A stretch of 59,450 bases of DNA, the filler included, from Asterionella formosa (taxonomy: Eukaryota): assembly GCA_002256025.1 (NCBI GenBank). It is 9 parts of 9 records of this genome, joined end to end, with 100 filler letters (N's around TTAATTAATTAA, not from the genome) between each part and the next. Parts side by side here need not be neighbours in the genome. Positions count along the whole stretch, not along the records: positions 33,154 to 39,670 come from NKIB01012686.1; positions 39,771 to 46,276 come from NKIB01012687.1; positions 46,377 to 52,864 come from NKIB01012689.1; 6 more parts are not named here. One strand, given 5' to 3'. The notes under the pieces were generated by a model. It did no database searches. It was given only the letters and a program-made list of their open reading frames with translations, and was not told where the DNA came from. Both the position numbers and the translations under genes were made by a program. Position 1 is the first letter of the stretch; every line of letters starts with the position of its first letter. This document shows, piece by piece, positions 38,089-49,850 of the stretch.

Positions 38089-39670
38089 TCAAAAGTGGAA
38101 TAGGGATGCCCAGGCAGACTGCGGCTTGATTTGAATCACCTTACCTGGAGTGGCTCCTAAATTAGGAACAACAACAGCAGGAGAATGAAGACAATCCACG
38201 GGAACAAACAAAAGTCCTTTGTTTCCATGTCGATCCAATGTGAGATCAGCCCCTAACAGCAACCTTGAGTAGTTGTGCAAAGGTTCTGGGACATATTTAC
38301 AGGAGTGAATAATTGCAAAGACACCGGGGCTTTGGTTTCTCAAGGATAATGGTAATCTTGGATCAGTGAAATTGATCAAAGACAGAACCAATCCCAATTC
38401 AATAATACCGTAGATCTGGCCAAGCACAATTGACTCAACTTCTGTTTCTCCATCTAACCAAGTAAACTCTGCCCAATCATACCAGGAATGACCACCACGG
38501 TAGCTTGGATGGGCATGAAATATTACGTTGTCACTACGAGTTTGGTCGCACATCACTTCAATATCCATTGACAAAATGAAAGGAGGGAGTTGTGCTCCTA
38601 GAACTCTCACCAGATCTCGGTCAACCCCAGTTTTGCAGATGCTACTTGATGATGATGAAACCCTGGCAATCTCAAATTCACCATTTCCATCTTCTTCAAT
38701 CGGAAGATAATATCGAGTACCTCCTGTTTTGGATTTCACAACTCCAATGTCAACTGGGACAGCTTTCAACTTGCATTGTAAATCTCCAATATCTTTGCCA
38801 AGAAACTGACTACAAGCGGTTCCGATCACCATGTTCTCCACCATTCTCGCGCCACTTTGAATATCCATGACATCTTTGCGTTTCTGGGAAGTCCTGGATG
38901 GTAATTTACACAAGAATTTAAGATTCTTTTTCATTGGGCCTCCATTAAAAACCTGTGGACTTCCGAAACGATGAATGTTTCTTACAGTATGCATCTGTTG
39001 ATGAAACTTCGCAAGCTTCCATCCCTGAGGGGTTGTTGTTCTCGGGCATTCTTTTACCAGCTTAGTAAAATAGTTGACAACGCTTTGGTGTTCCTGTGGT
39101 AAATTTCCCACATCCTGGCTCTCTTTGTTACTAAACCAGGCCTTGTAGCAGAGCATCCCTTCGAATAGACCTTGCAAGTTTCGAATTTGTTGATTGGTCA
39201 TACCACTTTCTTCTCGGCAGATTTTGATTCCAGCATCACATGTCATGACAACACAGGCAATAAGAATCACTCCGATTCTTTCGTTAGCAGTTATTTTCGT
39301 TTTGCAACCATGGAAGCCGAAATTGAAGGAACAACAAGGAAGGTTGTCTCGGTCACTCTGGTGAAGGAAGAGTTTAGATATTTTGTTGAACAACTGGTCA
39401 AACAGTTTTCGATTGGAATTACCCTTCACTGTTTTGGGGCGCCCGATCATAAAAGAATATAGCTCCATGAGGTGATCCATTATTCCTTCTTGAATGGAAT
39501 GGAGTTTTTCAGGAGGAACGTGCCCATTAACACCAAGAGGATCGCCACCAAAACACAACTGATACCAAAAGAGATAGATGAATCTTTGGCTCACATTATC
39601 CAATAAATCTTTTATGCCCCGGATTAATAGTTCCTCGTAATCAATCTGACCTACAGGACTGCATTCATGA
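38089..39670 (-). mobile_element. Plavaka/CMC (CACTA-related) transposase, C-terminal part (5' cut by the contig end)
   Basis: GWKLAKFHQQMHTVRNIHRFGSPQVFNGGP...K.PSRTSQKR and FHAHPSYRGGHSWYDWA are typical of Plavaka-type transposases. Confidence 0.75.
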
Positions 39671-39770
39671 NNNNNNNNNNNNNNNNNNNNNNNNNNNNNN
39701 NNNNNNNNNNNNNNTTAATTAATTAANNNNNNNNNNNNNNNNNNNNNNNNNNNNNNNNNNNNNNNNNNNN
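39671..39770. other. Artificial contig linker
   Basis: N44-TTAATTAATTAA-N44. Confidence 0.99.
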
Positions 39771-39772
39771 TC

Positions 39773-41248
39773 TTCCTTCTGCGCTTCAAACGTCAACGAG
39801 AAAGCACCAAACCCTTCCCTCAACTGTCATCTCCTCCACTGTGGCACTGGGTTATTGGCCACGTCGCCCTGCTGGGAGAACCTTGCTTTGAAACGTCACT
39901 CACGACGTTGTCTATTAAATACGCTAACGAGCATGGCCAAACAGGATTTTGGATGGCTTTTGAGCCAGCCATTGCCGTAACGAATGTTCTCGACGCCAAA
40001 GCCATCTTGCATGCCAGCCACTATCGAGCTCCTGTTTCTCATATGGCAAGGCACATGGCCCGCTTTTTAGGAGCCAACAATATTACCCAGTTGATGGGAA
40101 AGGAATGGAAGTACCATAGGGCGGCCATTTTGAGAGCATTTTCACCCAGCGTCGTCCAACAGACACAAAAAGAGGTTGTGGAGACCTCACAAGTGCTGGT
40201 AGCATCCCTTCGACCCTTGGATGGGGCTGTTGTAGACGTGGAGCCCTTGATGAAAATGGTTACAATGGATGTATTTGGCTGGACATCATTATCAAGAGAT
40301 TTGCACTGTTGTGCTACGCTTAAACCATCCGCGATTGCCAAAGCCTTTGATTTTTTGGGTGTTGAGTTCAATAGGCGCTTGCAGTCGCCCTTAGGATTGG
40401 CAAGTACCTTTTATTGGATTCCTACCAAAGTCAATCGTATGCATAACCGGCAACGTGCATTGATTCGAGATTTTATTCAAGATATTGTCGCAGAGCGACG
40501 GGACATGTCGACAAATCCTCCAACGGATCTATTGACATACTTGTTACAAGCGCACTCAGATTTGTCGAACAATGCTACTGAAGCCGTGTCAAGTGAAACG
40601 CTGACAGACATTCTCATGAGTCTCTTATTTGCAGGATACGACAGCACCTCCATCACTCTCACTTACGCGTTATACAATTTAGCCAAATATCCAAAGGCCG
40701 AAGAGGAGTGCCTAAAGGAGATTCAACGAGTCTTTGCCTCTACGTCACCTAAACCCGAAGAATTGGTCTACTGCAATGCCGTTATTTTGGAAACGCTCCG
40801 CCTCTTCCCTCCCGCCACTGCCACTTCCAGGACTCTTACCAAAGATTTGACCCTGGAGGGTGGCTTCGTTGCTGAAGCTGGCACGTTTGTTTTCATTCCA
40901 ATTTGGGCTATTCAACGCAACGCCGAGTACTTTCCGTCTCCCGATGAATTTCTTCCTGAAAGATGGGCAACCATGAGAGGAGAGGGGTTGTGGGAGGAAC
41001 GGAGCGAGGGAGGTGTTCAAGCTGGCGTAATTGCCCCTGCAAATAGGAACGCGTTCCTTGCTTTTTCAGCTGGCGCTCGATCTTGTGCCGGCTCAAGATT
41101 TGCCTTAATGGAAGCTACATTAGTGTTGGCGTCATTGGTCAAGGATATTTCCTTCTCAATAGATCCCTACATGGTGGTCAAACCAAGACGGTCCGGCTTT
41201 ATGCAGCGACCCGACGGTGGTATGCCGATGAAAGTGACGTTTCGTTAG
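39773..41248 (+). CDS. Cytochrome P450 (5'-partial)
   Basis: I-helix AGYDST, K-helix ETLR, PERW and heme motif FSAGARSCAG. The frame is open back to the contig start through a Pro-rich hinge. Confidence 0.95.
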   Translation, partial: FLLRFKRQRESTKPFPQLSSPPLWHWVIGHVALLGEPCFETSLTTLSIKYANEHGQTGFWMAFEPAIAVTNVLDAKAILHASHYRAPVSHMARHMARFLGANNITQLMGKEWKYHRAAILRAFSPSVVQQTQKEVVETSQVLVASLRPLDGAVVDVEPLMKMVTMDVFGWTSLSRDLHCCATLKPSAIAKAFDFLGVEFNRRLQSPLGLASTFYWIPTKVNRMHNRQRALIRDFIQDIVAERRDMSTNPPTDLLTYLLQAHSDLSNNATEAVSSETLTDILMSLLFAGYDSTSITLTYALYNLAKYPKAEEECLKEIQRVFASTSPKPEELVYCNAVILETLRLFPPATATSRTLTKDLTLEGGFVAEAGTFVFIPIWAIQRNAEYFPSPDEFLPERWATMRGEGLWEERSEGGVQAGVIAPANRNAFLAFSAGARSCAGSRFALMEATLVLASLVKDISFSIDPYMVVKPRRSGFMQRPDGGMPMKVTFR

Positions 41249-41487
41249 GTTTTGGGTAAGGCGACGTGGCTGAGCAAAGACACCTTGTTTTTATTGTCAA
41301 AGTATAATGGAGACTTGGCCATGTTTTATCTTTACTGTGATTGCTAGGATGTATCGCAAAGCGACGACATAAATGTACAACAGACTTTTGTTCCTTATTA
41401 TTACACTGCGGTTGCTAAACCAAATCTTTCCGATCTAGCGATTGAGATACCGCTATCTCTCTTGTCAGCCAACCCAAAAGAATGGCA

Positions 41488-44179
41488 TTAGGTTCTTGAT
41501 CTATTTGGTTCCATGGCCACATCCGATTCCACCGACGATGGATTTCGAGCATCAGACATTGTCCCATTGGAAAATGTATTCATCAACCGTGAAGCAACTA
41601 CATTTGGTTTGGTGACAATATCAACTCTGACGCTGCAGACCGACGAAACTGCTACTTTGATTCCTTCCTTGACTGCCTTGACATCGTTCATCGTAGCTGT
41701 GGGTAATGAGTTTAAATCGTTGCTGTTGCTTGCGTTCATCACAATTCTTGAAGATGCCTCTTTCACTCTCTTCTTGTTTCGAGTTCGATACTTTTGAAGA
41801 AAAAGAGGGAAGGATAATGCAATTGCACATACAGCAACGAAAAGAGCTCTGATCAGGAAGAAGGCAGATGGCCATTGTTTCACTAATAAAAGTGCAGGCA
41901 ACGAAACAACAATGGCTTCCAACAATAGCGCCATGGAAATCGCAACATATTTGCTGTCATTGAACTCGGTTGGATGGTTCCTGCCTTGATAGGTCTCGTA
42001 ATTGGCAACAATAACAGCACAGAAAAAATTCAAGTACCAGAAGGCCTGAAATGTATACTCCAGTGTTTTGCTTTGGCTTGCACATGTAGCAATACTCTCT
42101 GTTAACCTTCCGAATTCATCTACACTATTTCCAGTATAGATACGAGTGGATACCAATGGATCAATGGTTGACCAAGTGATAAGCACAACTAAGTTCAATG
42201 TCATGAGAATGAAAAACGGCACGAGAACGTCTTTAGGCTTGACTATGACACGTCGGCACTGCTTCGCACTTTTCATCAATCGATTCAGTCTGCGAGCTTT
42301 ACAGTAGATTGCGCTGAAACTGGAATTCGAATTGTTAGAGTTAAATTGACTCTTGCATTCGGATAAAGCCAACCACAACATACCTAGTGACGAATCCAAT
42401 GGAAAACAACCATTCGTACGCCATGCATGCGAAATCCAGACCACTCTGTGAAACAGGATATTGCATGGCAGTTGGTATAATTGAGGCACCCATGATAAAG
42501 GTACCAACAACATTCATATGAAGGAAAAAGGGCTGTGCTGCTCTCACTGAAGGTCGGTCCTTGTACCTGCAGGTAAAAAATATCCACCATACAGATGAAA
42601 GGATAACAAATGCCGCCAATAACAATCCAATTGTAAGGATCCCTGTACTTATCAAGTTCATGTTTTCTTTGAGAGGAGGCAGTCCCTCAGGTTGAACAGT
42701 AGATCCATCTGCATAGACAAAGGGAGAAATAACTTCTATTCGTGAATCGTTGAGAAAATAAGCATCATGGCGACGTGTTCGAATTTTCCCAAAACGTGTT
42801 ACCGAGATCGACAATTTGCTGCTGAATCGAAAATCCCCAGACTTCGATGTTTCTGGATCTGCCACTATGTTGAAAATTCCATACTCCACACCGTCAGTTC
42901 GGGTGCCAGTAAGAGGATCAAATTGCACTTTCCCAGAAACTCCAAGAAATTCGGTACGCAGCCACTCATTGTACAACTGCGGTCCAGAAAAAAAGGGGCC
43001 ATATTCGGTACTGACATTGCAAGCAGCTAAGCCCAGAGAAATAACTGCATCGAAGTACAGTTGCTGTTCACTTAATGCCACAGTTGTATGCGCCGAAAGG
43101 TTATAGGAATTGAGAATTTCGGTGTTGTCGTGCCTTAGTATGTAGTCACCTTGTAGTTCTTGGTCACCTGCAAAGTCGTTGATGGCTTGTGTAAAAGCAG
43201 GGTGCTGAGGAACATTAAGGTTGATGATTCCAATCCCGTCGATGGCCTCATAGAGGACTTTATCCGCAACCGAGAAAGTAGGAGATGTAAAGCTGAAAGA
43301 AGTCTCTGATAAAATCCAGGCATATTCGGATGTCCCAATAATGCCCAACGTTTGTGCTTCTTTCAAGACAACGGTAATGGCATTGCGCGACAGAGCCCCA
43401 AAGAAGTACCTGAAATTTGTATCGGCTAACTTCTTCACCGCAATTTTGATGGAGTCTTCGTTATTCGGATCATACGAGAAAGCTGCTACTTTCAGCGGCG
43501 AATTCTTGACGTTGATAAACCCTTGTATATCTCCCACGAACTCCACGCCGTACGGGTCCTGAACGTAAATTATTCCAACATAATTGACTTTTATAGAAAT
43601 CAAGTAACTGACAAGAACGTATGCATCTCCTAGATTCGATGGAATCGTTCTTCCGAAATATGGGTATATATCCTTGTTGTCTAGCTCCGCAGAGGTGGAT
43701 CCTGGCGAGATTTGTGGAATCCCTAATGCCCCTGACAAAATGGCCATCTGCCCCGTGACAGCCGATCTCAACGACCCAATAACTGCCATTGGAAAAGGAG
43801 TCAGAACAGAAGGGTTCACTCTGATAGCCCGATCCATTGCCAGTGCCGACACTATGGGTGACTGCGTGGAGTCATACATCCTTGTGTCCAGTTGGAGATT
43901 GCACGTTCCAATGAGCTGTGGAAGCTCCGGGAGAATTTTTCCGGAACGTTGATTGAATTCTCTCATCGCAATGTAGCCTGCGATTTCGGAGGAAATTTGA
44001 AACGGCGCCGGAACTAGCTGTGTTGAAGATCCATCGAGCTGAAGGACAGATATTGGGTAAATAGACGCGATGCGTCCTTTTCTCATGTCGTGAGAGACCT
44101 GAATGATGGGAGAAAAACCAAAAACGATTGAATCACTGCTGGTCCCCAATGTCGGAGTATCATCGAGGGTTGCATTCAT
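41488..44179 (-). CDS. Class C (GABA-B/metabotropic-like) GPCR; exons about 44179-42384 and 42319-41488
   Basis: Venus-flytrap motifs VIGSLRSAVT, PQISPGSTSAELDNKDIYPYFGRTIPS and FLGVSGKVQFD; 7TM motifs VRAAQPFFL, WSTIDPL and PTEFNDSKYVA. A 64-nt GT-AG intron restores the frame. The start is uncertain. Confidence 0.9.
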
Positions 44180-44669
44180 GGCGATGAAGGAGCAAATCAA
44201 AGACAATGGGAAAGCGATATAAACCGATAGACTGCTCAATTATTGTCAATTCAATCTTGCTGCAAACGATTCGTGTGTTTTGTGTTTGGTCCATGGCGGT
44301 TGCTCCATGGTATACCTGGTACTGGTACCAGGTAGCAGGACGCAAGAAAGGAAGTCGCTTGGGGTACAATGCAGCGGTGCTACAAACTGACCATATGCAC
44401 ACCGGTAAACTTATAAGAACCACTGCTTCATACACTTTCAGCCATAATAGTAGTAGTCTAGGTAATACGGTATTCTACCGGTCATCTAGCGTGAGGGTGA
44501 AGTACCGTAGACACGGTAGTGAATAAGAATACTTTAAATACCGGTATATGTAGGCTTGGGTTCCATCGTAGGAATATCAAAATCAAGGCAAATACCCGGT
44601 AACCAATAATGCCACTCGTCCGTTTCTTCCAACGTTTTGTCACTCCTCTGCTCCTTCATCAACTTCATC

Positions 44670-46025
44670 ATGGCTATCTCCGGAGTACTTGATATTCCTT
44701 CGTTCTCTTTCCTTATTGTCCTCCCCTATCTGGATTCACAGGATGCGTTGTCGCTTCGTCGTGTTAGTTCTAGATCAAAGGAGCTGATTGATGAAGACTC
44801 TGAGTTGCTCTGGGCACATTTTCTTGTTGTTGATTTTGGGCTTGACGATGCCACGAGGACTCTCCGAGTTGAACCCTGGGACCGCGGCCCATCGATTTTT
44901 GGGACTAGTGGCAGAAATTCGGTAGTTAGTCAAGCATCACCATTTGAATGCTGGAAACAATGGAAACGAGCGAACGAGCGGTTTTGGGGGGCAAGTGGGA
45001 ACTCCAGAAATATCAATGCCTCCTTCTTTCTCCGCGCCGCTGTATTCTGGGAAACGATGGAACACTGGTGCATGAGACATGGAAGCTTTGGAAGAAATAT
45101 TATGTTAACGTTACGTGATGGAGAGACGTCATATGAATGGCCACCGCACTTTCAGAATTTAGCAGGTTTGGACGCCATTCAAGCTGTTTACGCCTTTTAT
45201 TCTGGGCAAGATGATGATAATACTCTCCCTCAATATGGTCTCCTTGGAGGATGGTCTGCATATTCTCTTGTAAGAATGTCTATGTTGAGCCGACCGGGAC
45301 GTAAGAGTACTCACGTAACCCTTGCAACATGCTGTCCTAAGGATGGCACATCGTATGCGTTAGACCCACTGACTGGGAATATAAGTCATCCATTACGGAA
45401 TCCTTGCCCGCCATTAGGGTTCGAAAGTGTATTATGTTGGTTGGAAGAATATTGCAGGAGACTCGAACAAGGAGAATATCAGGTGGGTTCACTTGGACAA
45501 CAATTCGGGTCAATACAAGTTATATCCCATTACCCACAGCTCCCTCCGCACACAAGTCGGGCAGTGACCCGTGGAGTTGAAGTAGTCGCGTCATCAATAT
45601 GGAGTCCTTCTGATTCCATATTTGCTTACTCGATACGCATTAGGTTATTGGTACCGACTGATGATGAATATGACACAAACCGAGGCTTTGAAACGTGTCA
45701 ACTCAAGACTCGCCATTGGAGGTTGACAAGAGGGGGGCGTCCAGACAATGTAGATGGAGATGGACTCATTGGAAAATACCCATTGCTCAGCGAGGGCACC
45801 TATCGCGATGATTCTGGGATGTCTGCAGCCCAAATTGTTGTCGGAGCTGTTGAGCAAGGCGTTTTCGCTTATCAAAGCATGGTACAAAACGATTGTGATG
45901 GACCCATGCGAGGCTTCTTCACTTTTGTCCCTGGATCCATTGAAGAACCTACAGGAGTCCCCTTTGATGTTGACGTGGCTCCTTTTCCATTAGATCGCAA
46001 TCCCGAGTATATGTACACCCTTTAG
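44670..46025 (+). CDS. F-box protein with C-terminal ApaG domain (SKIP16/FBXO3-like)
   Basis: N-terminal F-box-like LPYLDSQDALSLRRVS; ApaG motifs AVTRGVEV, FAYSIRI, CQLKTRHW, VDGDGLIGKYPLL, FAYQS and MRGFFTF. Confidence 0.85.
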   Translation: MAISGVLDIPSFSFLIVLPYLDSQDALSLRRVSSRSKELIDEDSELLWAHFLVVDFGLDDATRTLRVEPWDRGPSIFGTSGRNSVVSQASPFECWKQWKRANERFWGASGNSRNINASFFLRAAVFWETMEHWCMRHGSFGRNIMLTLRDGETSYEWPPHFQNLAGLDAIQAVYAFYSGQDDDNTLPQYGLLGGWSAYSLVRMSMLSRPGRKSTHVTLATCCPKDGTSYALDPLTGNISHPLRNPCPPLGFESVLCWLEEYCRRLEQGEYQVGSLGQQFGSIQVISHYPQLPPHTSRAVTRGVEVVASSIWSPSDSIFAYSIRIRLLVPTDDEYDTNRGFETCQLKTRHWRLTRGGRPDNVDGDGLIGKYPLLSEGTYRDDSGMSAAQIVVGAVEQGVFAYQSMVQNDCDGPMRGFFTFVPGSIEEPTGVPFDVDVAPFPLDRNPEYMYTL

Positions 46026-46276
46026 CTGTGAGGCTTTACATTCATCACTGAGCAATCTGTATTTATTCCTTTTCGTTTTTGGTGGTATTACTAAGATGTC
46101 ACAAGTTGGCAATGGCTATTCTGTGCATGACGTATCTCATTAGGCGCCGAATCGTGTCAGCCATCATCGAAGCACCATCAATAGGGTATGAATTTCATGC
46201 CAAAGGGAAATGCCGCTAGTGTATTTTATTTCCATTTTCAGTACACCGATAGTCTACCGGTAAACTCCTTACATAT

Positions 46277-46376
46277 NNNNNNNNNNNNNNNNNNNNNNNN
46301 NNNNNNNNNNNNNNNNNNNNTTAATTAATTAANNNNNNNNNNNNNNNNNNNNNNNNNNNNNNNNNNNNNNNNNNNN
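46277..46376. other. Artificial contig linker
   Basis: N44-TTAATTAATTAA-N44. Confidence 0.99.
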
Positions 46377-48644
46377 ATTATCCAAAGCAACCCAATCGGC
46401 GATTGGGAGACGATGGGGACACCATCAGCTACTAGTACAAAGAATCCCGTAATTGATACTGACAGCAATGATGACGTTTCTACTTCAGTTGTTGATACAA
46501 GAAAAATGGCTCCTGTCGATGATGCCATTAATAACTCCCGGATGCAGATGGACGACATGGTACCATATCATAAATTTCTAATCGCACGGACCAACAAGTA
46601 CATAACAACCTGAGGGAAAAACATTTTGTACTTTCCAAAGGATATTATCAATTGGTAAATGAACTCAATCACTACAAAGGTCGTAATTCGGTTCAAAACT
46701 CGTCCATACAAGGTTATCAAGACTCTTCAATTTCAGCAGCCTTATCAGAACGTCGTTCCCGCTTAGCTAAAATTGAAACAAACCATCAATTGTCAAAAAG
46801 GTTTTGAGTTTTGTTTGCTTTCAAGACCAAGATGTTTTCCTGTGAACATGTAAGTTTGATGTTATAGTTTGTGAATTGCAGGTACTGTAAAACAGAATAT
46901 CAATCAAATGTGCTTTTTTCTGTTCCCAAAAGAGAATCAAACATCCCGCCCTATCTGGTCCAAGTAGTATGAAAGGCATTTCCAATCACAAACAGGATTG
47001 GTTTGCCGAATGTTGCCTAACTCGGCTACACACAGTGAAACCGGAGTTAGGCAAAGAAGTGGAGAGTGACCCAGAGCTTGCCGATTTCATATGGAATGGT
47101 TCTGATGCACTAGCTACTTCCAATGAATCAGACCATTGAACGTACCAACAAGGCACGTTTAGATTACATCAAATCAACATGAAAAGTTGAGAGAATGTCA
47201 GAATGTATTGAATAATCAATTTAAAGGAATCTTAGGTAAGTTCTTGCAGGGAGATGCTCCGAAAGCATGATGTTTTGAGTCGGGGATTATATTCTTATCA
47301 AATATGTTTCAATTTAAAAATGCTAACATAATTCATGACACACCAGCTGGTCTAACAGAATATAGCTAACTTCCAGACTATGTATATTGATGACTTTATT
47401 AGGTGGGCGTTAACGCTTTATCGTTTTGCGCAGTCAAAGGACATTGACAGGGGAAGCCATGTATACCAAGTCTGGCGTGATGTTCTTGCTCTGGTGTATT
47501 TTGTTATAGGCAGGATTTTGAACAGGAGACAAATCTGGTGTGACCAAGCCAAATTTCAACTCAGTCTTCGGGCACAATGTGAATTGCAATCACGTTTTGT
47601 TGGTTCGCTGATCAATGCCAGTACAGAAACATTTTGCTTCTTGGTGCGTGCTGAAAGAAAAATTCCGATTACAACAAAAATATTTGGGTTTCAATCCAGA
47701 TACCCATGAAATTTCAGAGAATTAGCGATATTCGTCATTCTACCGATTTTTTCGACATTGGTGGGAAACCACTTATTTAAAAAAGTGTGAGCATGGGAAG
47801 AAAGTTCAGTTTCAAATGGTCTTACTGATCAATGGACTGATGATTTACTCATTTATTATAGCTAAGGAAATCTACACTGGACTTTCACAAAAGAATCGAT
47901 CTGAATATGGAAGGAATCCTAGTGGAATTGCTACTCCCACCACAAATATCATCTACCCACACTCATACTTCTCATTTCCCAACGTAAGTAAAGAGGATAT
48001 GCATCAATTTGTTGAATCACTTCAATCAAATGTTCCTGAAAAGAATATTGATTATAATGACCGCATTAATCAACAGGACATTGATGACGATGTTGATTTT
48101 GAATGGATCTCATGGAATCCAATGCATACTCAGTAGTTACATAATAATTATAGTTAGTGTGAGACTTCTACAAATGCAAGCCATATCATAGATGATAGGA
48201 AAACATTGATTCTGCTCTATACTACTATTACTATTAGTGCCGCCTGTACTAGCTATATGTAGTGGTATACCTCCATTTTTACTACTATGGTGGAGTGATA
48301 ATTTCACGACTCTGTATTTTACAGCACAGCATGTTCGAAGTGGCGCTCAATTTATTATTATATATTAATTCATTTTCATTCTATCCTTTTCATATACTGA
48401 CTTGTTCATCTTTTGCAATTTGCAATGTCTTTGCGCACATTGCAATGGTGTTATCTGTGTCACTAATTGTAGCAACCGTGTTTTTTATGCATGTGGTCAC
48501 TGTCGACATTGCATACAGGAACATCGAGTTCCTGGAATACATAGTGAAACTATGTATTGCGGTAGTGCATCTAATCAATAAAGGAAAGAAGTAAATGACG
48601 GCAGTGTAACTGCTGCAGCATTTAGGGAGATTAGACAAAGAAGA

Positions 48645-49100
48645 GTGTTGTGTCCTATCCTTGTTGAATCAAGTGACCACAATCATCCATTTCATGACGA
48701 CAGCGACGATTCAGTTTATAACAATATTCAGTCACAACAGGACGAACAATTGAGACTAAAAACTCTCCAAGGGTTCAATTCAGAAAACATGCAATATTCA
48801 GATTTTCAAGATCGCACCGGCTTTCTCCCTGAAAATGCAATGGAAATGCCCCTTCCTCCTCAATTTCAACTTCCAAGTAAACATTCTCTGAACATGCCTC
48901 CAATTGAATTAGAACTCATGTTATTCCTCAACGAGAATTACCTACCTTCCACCAGTTTACTTTGATCATCTAATGAAATGGCTGTTCAAGGCAAAAGCAA
49001 TGAAATATTTTGATGGAAGGTAGCTATCATCAAGCTCCATCCTACCAGACTTTGAAAAAACGCATGGATATTTCATTTCCACCAACATTAGCTGGTGGTC
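48645..49100 (+). mobile_element. Possible N-terminal remnant of a Plavaka-like transposase
   Basis: Acidic leader then IELELMLFLNE...(frameshift)FDHLMKW, resembling Plavaka N-termini; heavily decayed. Confidence 0.3.
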
Positions 49101-49850
49101 AACTGTTGACCAAACAAATAAAGATTGATAACAATTCAAATATGATCATCCCACACACACTCCATTATTTGTTCATCAAATGAATGAGAATCACTGAGTT
49201 CTTCTTCATTATCAGCGATTTCGGGAGAATGAGGAGCAAAATACGACACTGGATGGTGGAACTGTGACTCTGTACAAATAGAGTCTTCATCCACGAAGAC
49301 CAACTGTTTGGGTTTCCTCTTGCTTTCGAAAGCAATCATTCCTTCTTTTCAATCTCAGCCACTATTGTATCGGTTGGCATACTTCATATCATGGCCTTCA
49401 ACAAGATGTAGTGAAAGAGGGAACGGTAGCGAACAATGACGAGGACGAAGGAGGAGGTGTTGGGTGAGTCAATTAACACATCGAAAAGGTCAATAGGAGT
49501 TTGGAAGGGGGTATGTAAAATTAGTAATTAGAGTATAATTAAAGTAGACTTTGTAAAGATAGAGAGTAGAGCGAGAACACGAGACAGGCGTTCACAGACA
49601 AACAGACAGACACATGAATCTACGTGTCATGATAGGACAGTGATTCATAACATCCACCTGAGGGAAACCGACGATTATCAGAGGCGTTAAAAGTAGTTTA
49701 GATATCACACAAGACAGTCTTGAAAGTAAAAAAGTCAAATGTGTTATTGTGAGAAACCTATCGAAAAAAATAGAAACACAAAGACTGATCAATAATCCTT
49801 GCTCAGAGCAGACCCAACAATCGCCACTGCATATTCCATCATACTCATCA

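Noticed and set aside
46377..48600. Short ORFs in AT-rich sequence
   Set aside because: Stop-ridden with no recognisable motif; probably decayed repeat.
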